From Candidatus Bathyarchaeia archaeon (lineage in GTDB: Archaea > Thermoproteota > Bathyarchaeia > Bathyarchaeales > Bathycorpusculaceae): a stretch of DNA of 64,000 nucleotides. The notes under the pieces are model-generated. The model was not told the origin of the DNA and ran no database searches. It worked only from the letters and a program-made list of their open reading frames with translations. A program made the position numbers and the translations under genes. Shown here one piece after another: positions 29,852 to 38,338 of the stretch (within the stretch, counting starts at the first letter, position 1; every line of letters begins with the position of its first letter). The stretch covers positions 1-64,000 of the forward strand of contig JBEKHN010000001.1 in assembly GCA_050012255.1 (NCBI GenBank), written 5' to 3'.

Positions 29852-31242
29852 GTAACTTGCATCTCCTCGTCTCTTTCCACGTCTTTTTGTTTGCGTTTTG
29901 GGTACACGCCTGTACGAATGACGACAATGCCTACAAAGACGGAAAATACCCCTGAGACCAACACGGGAATATTCACAGGCCTCGAAGAAGAGGCGGCAAG
30001 TGCGGCTGCTTCGGAAGCATAGGACCGTGCTATTTTGTACTTTCCTGCCGCATAGGAATCAAGAGCCTTTTGGAACGCGGCTTTTGCCGCGTCCAATCCC
30101 ACGATTCTGCCGTCATTAATAGCATTTTGAATTAACTCCGACGCGCTTTCTCCATACGACCCATAGAGCTTGCTTATAGAATATGAATATTCAGAATAGA
30201 TTGCTGCGGCCATAGGAACATAACCCGCTATGAAGTCCGGTTGACCACCGCCACCAAAACCGCCGTAGAAGCCTGAAGTCCCCAGATGAACGTAGACGCC
30301 GAAGTTGAAGCTCGAGCTGTTCTGAGCGAATAACATTGCTGCGTGGAACTCTTTTCCAGCGCCATAAATGGGCATGATCATGTTGCCGCCAAAGTCGTCC
30401 AATCTAATGGGATACCCGACCGACATTTCCTGTTTTGTCGGAAGAAGCCACCAACTCTTGAGAACGTTCGTCAGATCAGTATCGCTGAAGACGCTGAACT
30501 GGCCACTAGGGTAGCAAGTGACGTTCACCTTTCCTATGTGACCCATCAACCCGGCATACCCTGCCGCCCCCCACTCACTCGCTGTCCCATTCTCATACCA
30601 CACACTGTGGAAGGGGTAGCCGCCGATGTGAACCCAGGTTCCCCAACGATTAAGCATGAAATCAGAGAGTTTGTCAACCCATTCCTCCCTCGTATAACCA
30701 GATGGAACAGGAAAATACTGGTCGTGAGTGTTAACAATTATAGTGTCATTGCCCTGCTCGATAACGGACTCGTACGTTCTCCAGTCTTGGACCAAAACGT
30801 ATGATACATTCACCTTAATGTTGGCAGCTAGATCGTTTCCTGCCAGTCCAATATTGACGTGCTTGACCCCATTTTCTCTTGGAGTGATCTCCACTGCCTT
30901 CAGCACACCATCCAATACAGCCGAATGATTTGACAAATAGACGTTCCCGACCTCGGGCAAGCTAACGACATAGACAGTCAGAGGAAACACTTGATCACTG
31001 ACTATGGTGTAGCCCAAGGGATTCGCGTCCGTTGAAGGATACTTAACGAGTTTGAAAAGGGAGTCCTGTGATGAAAAGTCAGAAGCGCGCAAGATTGGAA
31101 TGTAACAAAACATCAATCCTGCTAGAAGTGCAACCAGAAAAGATCGTGAAGACCTCTGCCATGGGAAGCCAGCATTCCCCATGTGCGATTCCATCCCCTC
31201 TCCAATTATTCGGCTGTTTCTATTTAAGCGTTTCTTCTGCAT
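29848..31242 (-). CDS. Membrane-anchored extracellular protein, paralogous to the N-terminal domain of the downstream gene
   Basis: N-terminal hydrophobic segment, C-terminal TM helix; shares IIVNTH..Y.PVP, W.H.GGY.FH and G.YVHLG motifs. Confidence 0.8.
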   Translation of the reverse strand: MQKKRLNRNSRIIGEGMESHMGNAGFPWQRSSRSFLVALLAGLMFCYIPILRASDFSSQDSLFKLVKYPSTDANPLGYTIVSDQVFPLTVYVVSLPEVGNVYLSNHSAVLDGVLKAVEITPRENGVKHVNIGLAGNDLAANIKVNVSYVLVQDWRTYESVIEQGNDTIIVNTHDQYFPVPSGYTREEWVDKLSDFMLNRWGTWVHIGGYPFHSVWYENGTASEWGAAGYAGLMGHIGKVNVTCYPSGQFSVFSDTDLTNVLKSWWLLPTKQEMSVGYPIRLDDFGGNMIMPIYGAGKEFHAAMLFAQNSSSFNFGVYVHLGTSGFYGGFGGGGQPDFIAGYVPMAAAIYSEYSYSISKLYGSYGESASELIQNAINDGRIVGLDAAKAAFQKALDSYAAGKYKIARSYASEAAALAASSSRPVNIPVLVSGVFSVFVGIVVIRTGVYPKRKQKDVERDEEMQVT

Positions 31243-31537
31243 CGAACACGCTCTTTTTTAGAAAGAAACCAAGCGTATTTTTGACACTGGCGAATCAAAA
31301 GTGTATGAACTGCAAAATAAACTAAGAATCTGCAGGTACTCTGTGGACGCAGGCACTGAAAGTCTTAAAGCGCGCTCAATCCCAGAAAAACCTGTCGGCC
31401 TGTAAACGTCCCAGAATAAGCCAAACTGGTCCTAGAATCATTTTTAAGTATCATTTCGTGCTCGCTCCTTTTCCATCTTGCTTGGTCTATCAGAACCGCT
31501 GCCAATAGATTGCGCGGATGAACTCGTTGGCCAAAAT

Positions 31538-31575
31538 GTGCCGAGGGCTAGCTTCACAGGAGCGTTTAAACCGTC
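31538..31575. repeat. Cassette-boundary repeat, copy 3
   Basis: GTGCCGAGGGCTAGCTTCACAGGAGCGTTTAAACCGTC. Confidence 0.92.
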
Positions 31576-31692
31576 ACTCCCAGATTAACATGTTTCTATC
31601 AAACTCGTGCGCTCTCTTTCAATCAGCGCGCGCCCTTTTTTATCGGGCGGAAGCAGAAAGGAACCAATTTTCAAGCTTTCTAACGTATGATA

Positions 31693-32349
31693 TCAATTAA
31701 TGTATTCTGTTGGATCATCTATCTTTGCTTCCTTGAAGGCGTTCTTCCTGTTCAAGCATGACTCGCATCTTCCACAATGCTTTTCTTCCCCTCGATAGCA
31801 AGACCATGTGAGCTCAAAAGGAACCCCAAGCTGCTTTCCAATTTTCAGTACTTCTGATTTCTGTAGGTTGCTGAAAGGAGCTTCAATTCGGATTTCTACA
31901 CCTGTTCCCAGTCTGGCTGTATTCTCAAAAGACTTGTAGAATTCTTTCCGGCAGTCTGGGTAAAAACGGTCATCTGAGCCTTGTGCTCCATAGAACACTT
32001 CTGTAGCTTCGATCGAGATGGCGTAGGCAACTGCAACAGAGAGGAATATTGCATTTCTGAAGGGAACTATTATTGGTTGAGTGAAGGTTGGGGTCAGCTC
32101 GATATTTTTGTCGCAGAGTGCAGTTACTCCAGTAAATATATCTTTCAAACAGCTTATATCGATGATCTTGATTGGGATGTCGAGCCTCTCAGCGATGAGA
32201 TTTGCATATTTGGCTTCTTTTTCTGCTATCTGACCGTATTTGAACGTCAAAGCATGAACTTTGTAGCCTTGCTTTTTTGCCCAATATGCAACGACTGCGG
32301 AATCTGGTCCTCCACTTAGTACAACAATGCACTTGTTTGCCTTAGTCAA
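31693..32349 (-). CDS. queC: 7-cyano-7-deazaguanine synthase
   Basis: SGGPDS, VPFRNAIFLS, YPDCR and TWSCY..HCGRCESC motifs. Confidence 0.97.
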   Translation of the reverse strand: MTKANKCIVVLSGGPDSAVVAYWAKKQGYKVHALTFKYGQIAEKEAKYANLIAERLDIPIKIIDISCLKDIFTGVTALCDKNIELTPTFTQPIIVPFRNAIFLSVAVAYAISIEATEVFYGAQGSDDRFYPDCRKEFYKSFENTARLGTGVEIRIEAPFSNLQKSEVLKIGKQLGVPFELTWSCYRGEEKHCGRCESCLNRKNAFKEAKIDDPTEYIN

Positions 32350-32352
32350 AGC

Positions 32353-32832
32353 TTACTCCCACCATTTGAACCTTAACTCAATCATTTTGAAGACAAATGC
32401 ACCCATCAAGCATACCAATTGTTCACTTATCAGAAGGTAAGGAAACGTTGCCATCCAGGGTAGATCGAAAAGCTGGTTTAGCATCCAACTGACGCCTACG
32501 GGTACTATCACTGCGATGATTGCGCCTTCGATGAAGTAGTTTTTGCTGAATCTTTTGGCGACGACAAAGCCTATGATTCCCGCAGCTAGACTTACTAGTG
32601 GCATGAAGACGAGTTCATATGGTCCAGAAAACGGACTGAAGAGATTCCCCACGACTACTCCAAATGCATAGCCTATGCTCAGGATCCATTTCTTGGCAAT
32701 CGCCGGTCTTAGCACACCCGCAACCCTGAATTGCAACGCGTAAAAAGACAATGGAGCAAAGAAATAGACCAATACTGCGTATAAAGATGCAAAGACGCTT
32801 GCCAACGCTACGTCCTTAGTCTTTATTCTCAA
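32353..32832 (-). CDS. queT: QueT family transporter (ECF S component)
   Basis: ASLYAVL..PLSFYALQFRV and G...GNLFSPF motifs; in operon with queC. Confidence 0.88.
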   Translation of the reverse strand: MRIKTKDVALASVFASLYAVLVYFFAPLSFYALQFRVAGVLRPAIAKKWILSIGYAFGVVVGNLFSPFSGPYELVFMPLVSLAAGIIGFVVAKRFSKNYFIEGAIIAVIVPVGVSWMLNQLFDLPWMATFPYLLISEQLVCLMGAFVFKMIELRFKWWE

Positions 32833-32839
32833 TTTTCAA

Positions 32840-32900
32840 CCTCCTACACCGGGGTTTATGTTGGCGGAACGGGTGGAGGCCCACTCACCCGCCATTCTGC
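32840..32900 (-). promoter_or_regulatory. Structured 5' leader of queT-queC, candidate preQ0/preQ1 riboswitch
   Basis: TGGCGG/CCGCCA stem, A-rich linker and CCCCGG next to the GGAGG Shine-Dalgarno; TATA at 32921-32927. Confidence 0.5.
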
Positions 32901-33216
32901 TTCGCATATTCGAGATTACTCTTAAAAGCCTTTGGGGCGCGGGCTAACCCTGTTGAGACTTTGCCCTCCGATCTACTCAAGGCATTTTGCCAACAGTCAG
33001 AGCTTGCTTGGCCACAACACTGAATAGCATTAGGCTGAACGATCCTACGGAGCAGGACCCTTCAACGTTGACATAGCATGGCATCGTTTGTCCAATCTGC
33101 CATGTCTTGGATATATCGCGCATTATTTTTCTTGGTAGTCGTGTGCACTGGAACGTGATAGGAGAAAACTTAAATCTGTCCCATAATTGTGTTCATTATC
33201 CTATTGTCGTGATGAT

Positions 33217-34125
33217 ATGAGAGTAACGAAAGAGATCATCGAAGAGAAAGGAACTGATAGGTTGAAGAGAGGATTCGCCAAGATGTGCAAGGGTGGAGTG
33301 ATAATGGACGTCGTAAACGGAGAACAGGCAAAGATTGCCGAAGACGCTGGAGCTGTCTCTGTTATGGCTTTGGAGGCAGTGCCCGCAGACATACGCGCCA
33401 AGGGCGGAGTGGCAAGGATGGCTGACCCGCAGAAAATCAAAGAAATAATAAATGCTGTCACGATTCCTGTTATGGCCAAGTGTAGGATAGGTCATTTTGC
33501 AGAAGCGCAGGTAATCGAAGCTCTAGGAGTGGATATGGCTGACGAGAGTGAAGTGTTAACTCCTGCAGATGAAGAAGATCATATCGACAAGAGAAAGTTT
33601 ACAATTCCGTTTGTTTGTGGGGCAAGAAACTTGGGTGAAGCCCTAAGAAGAATAAACGAGGGTGCGGCGATGATAAGGACGAAAGGTGAACCCGGGACTG
33701 GAAATGTGGTTGAAGCTGTGAGGCACATGAAACTTGTGAATCGAGAGATAGCTGAATTGGGAAAGATGGCAGAGCCACGACTGAAGGAAAAAGCGGAGGA
33801 GTATCGTGTGCCGTTGAAACTGGTTATAGAAACGAGGGATTTAGGAAGGTTGCCCGTAGTGAATTTCGCTGCAGGAGGCATTTCAACTCCGTCCGATGCA
33901 GCTTTGATGATGCGATTGGGCGCAGACGGCATATTTGTCGGTTCAGGAGTGTTCAAATCTAAGAATCCAAGAGCGTATGCTAAGGCAATCGTTGAAGCTA
34001 CTATGCATTATGACGATCCGAAGACTCTGGCAAGAGTTTCTGAAGGCTTAGGTGAACCGATGGAAGGAATCGACACTTCAAGAATGGATGAAAAACAGAA
34101 AATGCAGACACGGGGAACCAATTGA
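33217..34125 (+). CDS. pdxS: PLP synthase lyase subunit
   Basis: [31 protein letters not shown] and FAAGGISTP motifs. Confidence 0.98.
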   Translation: MRVTKEIIEEKGTDRLKRGFAKMCKGGVIMDVVNGEQAKIAEDAGAVSVMALEAVPADIRAKGGVARMADPQKIKEIINAVTIPVMAKCRIGHFAEAQVIEALGVDMADESEVLTPADEEDHIDKRKFTIPFVCGARNLGEALRRINEGAAMIRTKGEPGTGNVVEAVRHMKLVNREIAELGKMAEPRLKEKAEEYRVPLKLVIETRDLGRLPVVNFAAGGISTPSDAALMMRLGADGIFVGSGVFKSKNPRAYAKAIVEATMHYDDPKTLARVSEGLGEPMEGIDTSRMDEKQKMQTRGTN

Positions 34126-34721
34126 AGATTGGAGTCATAGCCGTACAAGGCACTATTTCTGAACACGTTGAAGCCCTAAGAAAAGCGATGGAAAAATCAA
34201 AAATCGACGGTAGTGTTGTGTACGTAAGAAGCCTGAAAGATCTTAATGATGTTTCAGGTATTGTTGTGCCAGGCGGTGAATCAACAACAATAAGCAAACT
34301 CATACTGAGCGCAGGAATGCACGAAAAAATAGCTGAACTCGCAAGAAAAGGAGCGCCAATCCTTGGAACCTGCGCTGGTACAATTCTGTTAGCTAAGGAA
34401 GGCGATGAAGAGGTCAGGAAGACCTGTACAAAATTGCTGGGTTTGTTAGACATGAAAGTCCTCAGAAATGCTTATGGCAGACAGGTAGACTCCTTCGAGG
34501 CTGATGTAAACATACCTGAGATTGGAGACAAACCTTTCAGGGCAGTGTTCATCCGTGCGCCAACGATAGAAAGAGTTTGGAACGGCACCAGAGTGTGGGC
34601 TGAACATAAAGGTACGATTATAGGAACAAAAAAGGAAAACATCTTGGCTTTGACTTTTCATCCCGAGCTAAGTGATGATCTAAGAATTCACGAATACTTT
34701 CTTACAATGACGACAGGATAG
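34122..34721 (+). CDS. pdxT: PLP synthase glutaminase subunit
   Basis: [23 protein letters not shown] and FHPEL motifs. Confidence 0.98.
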   Translation: MKIGVIAVQGTISEHVEALRKAMEKSKIDGSVVYVRSLKDLNDVSGIVVPGGESTTISKLILSAGMHEKIAELARKGAPILGTCAGTILLAKEGDEEVRKTCTKLLGLLDMKVLRNAYGRQVDSFEADVNIPEIGDKPFRAVFIRAPTIERVWNGTRVWAEHKGTIIGTKKENILALTFHPELSDDLRIHEYFLTMTTG

Positions 34722-34775
34722 CTCGCTGCCTTGTCCCTAAATTATAGGCGGCAAGATCTACAGGCTTCTTTTAAT

Positions 34776-35114
34776 TTAACGGTTTTTGAGGTTCAAAACG
34801 TTCCGCAAGGCCAAAAGAATTGGAACACCGACGACGAGGGTGATTAACACGACAAGGGCATCTTCAATGAAAGAGTCAACCCCACTGCCCACAAACCCAA
34901 CTGCGGTAGCTGCCGGAGATAAGCCCAGAACACTGCTGTACAGCCCAGCTGGTATGAACAGGAAAACTCGAGTTAGACCGTCTGTAGCGACTGTTATGAA
35001 CGACACTATGACTAGGGATACGGGAAGAAGCTTCACTTTCTCATTGAACAAGTTTTTGCTCAACTTGGCAGCAGGATATACCAAGCAAACGGCAACGATG
35101 GTGTCGAGCATCAC
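34776..35114 (-). pseudogene. C-terminal fragment of a membrane protein (possible ECF S component)
   Basis: Three to four TM helices that begin mid-protein at the junction with the EndoQ fragment. Confidence 0.5.
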
Positions 35115-35248
35115 TTCGGAAGCAAAGAGTCTCCAGTTCCAACTAAATCGAGGCCTTTGAGTTTTGTGAATTTGGCAAGGTTTTCCAACGTCAGGTCCTT
35201 TGATGCCCCAGGATAACAGGAGAAGTGTATATGCAGATCAACGTACAT
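35111..35248 (-). pseudogene. N-terminal 45-aa remnant of a TIGR00375/EndoQ PHP-family gene
   Basis: DLHIH...SKDLTLENLA....KGLDLVGTGD, then an immediate stop. Confidence 0.8.
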
Positions 35249-35536
35249 GTTCTCTAATACATTCTCGCACTTATTCGTATAAATATTATATTGATTTGCA
35301 TGTGTGGAGTCCTCGTAGGTAATCAAGCAAGATGAAAGGTGACATCGAGGCAATTCTGAAAACTTCAGATATATCCGGAAGACAACACACAATCATCTGA
35401 GTTTTCCCACCGTCCAGCGCGGAAGCGGTTCAAACCCCAGAGTAAAATCAAGGGAAATTAAAGAAACAAACTCGTAGATTTTCAGTTAGAATTCTAAAAT
35501 AGTCGCAGACTAGGCCTTATTTAAGAATTGGGGATG

Positions 35537-35638
35537 TGCCGAGGGCCGGGTTTGAACCGGCGACAACTCGGTCTTCAGCTTCGCCCTCGCTGTTTAAGCT
35601 AGCGAGACGAGCGCTCTCCCAGGCTGAGCTACCTCGGC
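35537..35638 (-). tRNA. tRNA-Phe(GAA) with a 28-nt intron at position 30/31; CCA not encoded
   Basis: Removing 35580-35607 gives the anticodon arm CTCGG-CTGAAGA-CCGAG; complete bulge-helix-bulge motif. Confidence 0.95.
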
Positions 35639-36102
35639 ACTGACAACCAAAAAGTGGCAGGGTGTGTTTTTAAGTTTTCTGAGCGTTATGCTGGAAATTG
35701 GGGCGCAAGCACGATTTCAGCTTATGGGAGATTAAGCCAAAAGGAGAAGAGAGAATGGATAAATCTCCAGGCTTGCACCCCGACTTCAATGCGTATGGCA
35801 CCCCCAAAAAAGCTTTGTGGAACAAAGTTTCACAACCAATCAGACTGGAAGCTTAACTCGCGACGCCGACGACGGTCAGAGCAGATGAACTACAACATAG
35901 CCAACAAAAGCAGATGCTAAGAAAAGCACGACCATCAAGACCTCATCGATCTGCTTTTCCTCTTTGAAACGGCCATCATCCTTGGTACCGCGCAACTTGG
36001 CTCATCTCTACTCTTTCTTGGACCTCCTTTACGGGAAAGGCTTTATGAAGCTGAAACAAGTATTCCAAATCTTAGGCGAGGAAAAACAAGTTTGGACAAA
36101 TA

Positions 36103-36206
36103 GGGCTCGTAGTCTAGTTTGGTAGGACGTCGCCCTCACAAGGCAGACTCGCGCGCGCCTGAGGAGGCGGCGAAGATCCCCGGTTCGAGTCCGGGCGGGC
36201 CCACCA
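36103..36206 (+). tRNA. tRNA-Val(CAC) with a 27-nt intron near position 37/38; CCA encoded
   Basis: Acceptor GGGCTCG/CGGGCCC and anticodon stem TCGCC/GGCGA; removing 27 nt (about 36141-36168) gives a 77-nt tRNA. Confidence 0.9.
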
Positions 36207-36602
36207 TCCATGATTATGATTATCAATCTTTTCTTGAGTAGGTTCGATGTTTCCGTTGAAGGCAAACATGTTGGGTCGTATAACAACTTTGGATGAGGAG
36301 AATGGTAGTGGGGAGAAAGGAGACGAGGAAGAAGCAGCCATTCTCCTCAAGGCATACGCCTTCATAATATGTCTTTTCACGTCCAATTCTTAAGCTTGTC
36401 GTTTAATTCGCCTCTGGCCGCATGGTTTTGTCATGCGAAAATAGCTTGTCAATAGTTGACTCAGATGAAACTCTTGCGAGGAGAAAAGGGTATACCGGAG
36501 TGTACAATTCGAAGAATAGCCGAGCCTTCCAAGTGTCTTTTCGTTCAACATGTATCCGAAAAGGTTTATTAAATATTAACATGTCAGATATGGACTTAAG
36601 CT

Positions 36603-36986
36603 GTGATGACGATGCAAACAGATATGAGCTCTGGGAAACTGGAGCATGATTGTCCAAAGACGATTAGCCATACTGGCCTCACGTGTGACAAGTGCGGCAA
36701 AGCGTTGCAAAAACCAATTCTGGCAAGGGTGTTAACAGGCGTTAGCGTACAGACGTACCCTGCATGTCCACATTGCATGACAAGAATACGCGGCACCGAA
36801 GCCTTGAAAGAGGAAGACAGAAAACCCGAGGTTCTACGGAAAGGATCGAGCGAACTCGGTGGTCAGCCAGTGAGCGACTTCACGTGCGGACACTTCTTCG
36901 GGTATCTGAACAAACGCCAGAAGGGAACTCCGATTCCGGAACCTTGCTTGGTCTGCACAAAGATGGTTGAATGTTTGTGCGGGTAG
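36603..36986 (+). CDS. Cys-rich zinc-binding hypothetical protein
   Basis: CDKC, CPHC, CGHFFGYL and C..C..MVEC motifs; start uncertain. Confidence 0.7.
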   Translation: MMTMQTDMSSGKLEHDCPKTISHTGLTCDKCGKALQKPILARVLTGVSVQTYPACPHCMTRIRGTEALKEEDRKPEVLRKGSSELGGQPVSDFTCGHFFGYLNKRQKGTPIPEPCLVCTKMVECLCG

Positions 36987-37061
36987 GAAAACTGACCGAC
37001 TCGCGGGTTTGTTAAAGGATAAATATTCTGCCGAGCCATATTCAGTATCGGTTGTCAGCAC

Positions 37062-37784
37062 TTGTTTCCGATCAAAGACTTGAATCGAACTCCAGTGACG
37101 CCGCACATCAATCGCTTGTTGCTGACTATTAATATCCTCATCTTTGCGGTCTATGCGCTGTCAAGCCAGGGAGTCTTCTTTCAAAGCAGCTTGGCAGGGT
37201 ATTTTGAAACGCACTTCGTCATGGTTCCAAACGACATCCTCCATGGAACGATGCTCTACACCTTGCTGACGTCAATGTTCATGCATGCAACGTTGCTTCA
37301 CCTGCTCGGGAACATGCTCTTCCTCTACGTGTTCGGCGACAACATCGAAGCCGTTTTCGGCCACGCTGGCTACCTAGTCTTCTATCTCGCAGCCGGGTTG
37401 GCCGCGGCCCTCGCCTACATTGCCGCGAATGTGTATGCTCCTGCGATAAGCAACATTTTCGGTGTCACAATCCCTTCGGATTTGACGGTAGGCGTCCTCG
37501 GAGCCTCTGGGGCGATTTCAGGAGTACTAGGCGCTTACCTAGTGCTCTTTCCCAAAGCTAAGATTCTCACGATTTTCTTCTACGTCATAATACCTTTGCC
37601 AGCGGTCTTGTTTCTGGGCTTCTGGTTTGGTATGCAATGGCTCCTAGGATTCTATGACGTGGCAAGCGGAGTCGCTTACTTTGCCCACATAGGCGGCTTC
37701 ATCGCAGGAATGATTCTCGCTCTGGTTTTCGGACTGAAAAGGAAAAAGGCGCTCAAAACACGACTACACTCGCAAGCCGTGTGA
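37062..37784 (+). CDS. Rhomboid intramembrane serine protease
   Basis: SMFMH, HLLGNM, GASGAISG and AHIGG motifs. Confidence 0.95.
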   Translation: MFPIKDLNRTPVTPHINRLLLTINILIFAVYALSSQGVFFQSSLAGYFETHFVMVPNDILHGTMLYTLLTSMFMHATLLHLLGNMLFLYVFGDNIEAVFGHAGYLVFYLAAGLAAALAYIAANVYAPAISNIFGVTIPSDLTVGVLGASGAISGVLGAYLVLFPKAKILTIFFYVIIPLPAVLFLGFWFGMQWLLGFYDVASGVAYFAHIGGFIAGMILALVFGLKRKKALKTRLHSQAV

Positions 37785-37994
37785 GTGTTGGGGTCTGTCC
37801 GTCATAAGCTCTTCATCTCGACAATCAGACTGGGACGGCGACATCATCCCCCAGTTCAAGCATGTGTAACCAAATAATAGGGTTTTTGGCTGTGACAGCC
37901 GGTGTCAAGCGAACCTGATTAAACATCATGCATTAGAGAAAGACTTGGCAAAGGAAAGAACAAGCTGAGTCTGGTCGCCTATTTCCGCATTGAT

Positions 37995-38336
37995 CTACGG
38001 CAAACGTTTCAAGGGCGGTTGTTTTAGACTCTTGTTAAGGGCCTTTATTGTGCCTGAAACTGTCGAGATTTGCACGGCTGCAGGCATGTCCCTAATCCGC
38101 GTTATTGAAGCTATTGCGGTTCGAACCATATCGACCGTTGTGTGCCCGGTGCGCAGGACGACACTCTTGTTTTTTTCGTCAAAGTTGATTAGACTCAGGC
38201 TCGTTTGACTTGCGCCGTATTCGCCGTAAAGCCTAGAGATGGCTTCCCAGACGGCGTCCATAAACTCCTTCGAACTGAGTGTCCCGCAGGAATCTATCTC
38301 CAAGGCTAGGTAACGTCTCTTCACTTTTTTCAGCAA
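37995..38336 (-). CDS. rnp2: RNase P protein Pop5/Rpp14
   Basis: KRRYL, LYGEYG and VSGTIKAL motifs. Confidence 0.92.
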   Translation of the reverse strand: MLKKVKRRYLALEIDSCGTLSSKEFMDAVWEAISRLYGEYGASQTSLSLINFDEKNKSVVLRTGHTTVDMVRTAIASITRIRDMPAAVQISTVSGTIKALNKSLKQPPLKRLP

Positions 38337-38338
38337 TC

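Larger units (their letters stand above)
22935..35558. mobile_element. tRNA-Phe-anchored genomic island / tandem cassette array, no integrase encoded
   Basis: Bounded by a tRNA-Phe 3' duplication and subdivided by three 38-bp direct repeats; TA and accessory cargo. Confidence 0.85.

Noticed and set aside
24024-31575. The 38-bp repeats as a CRISPR array
   Set aside because: Spacing is 1.7-5.8 kb with whole genes in between, no cas genes are present, and the repeats start with tRNA sequence.
31693-32349. queC as part of a Dpd or QatABCD defence system
   Set aside because: It is a canonical short QueC paired with queT, with no dpdA, TatD or ATPase neighbours.
32933-32948. TGGGGCGCGGGCTAAC as a decayed fifth boundary between queT and pdxS
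   Set aside because: It is only a gapped partial match to the core and lacks the palindromic arm, so it cannot be distinguished from chance by eye.
36029-36386. Minus-strand ORFs across tRNA-Val
   Set aside because: They are antisense to a tRNA gene.
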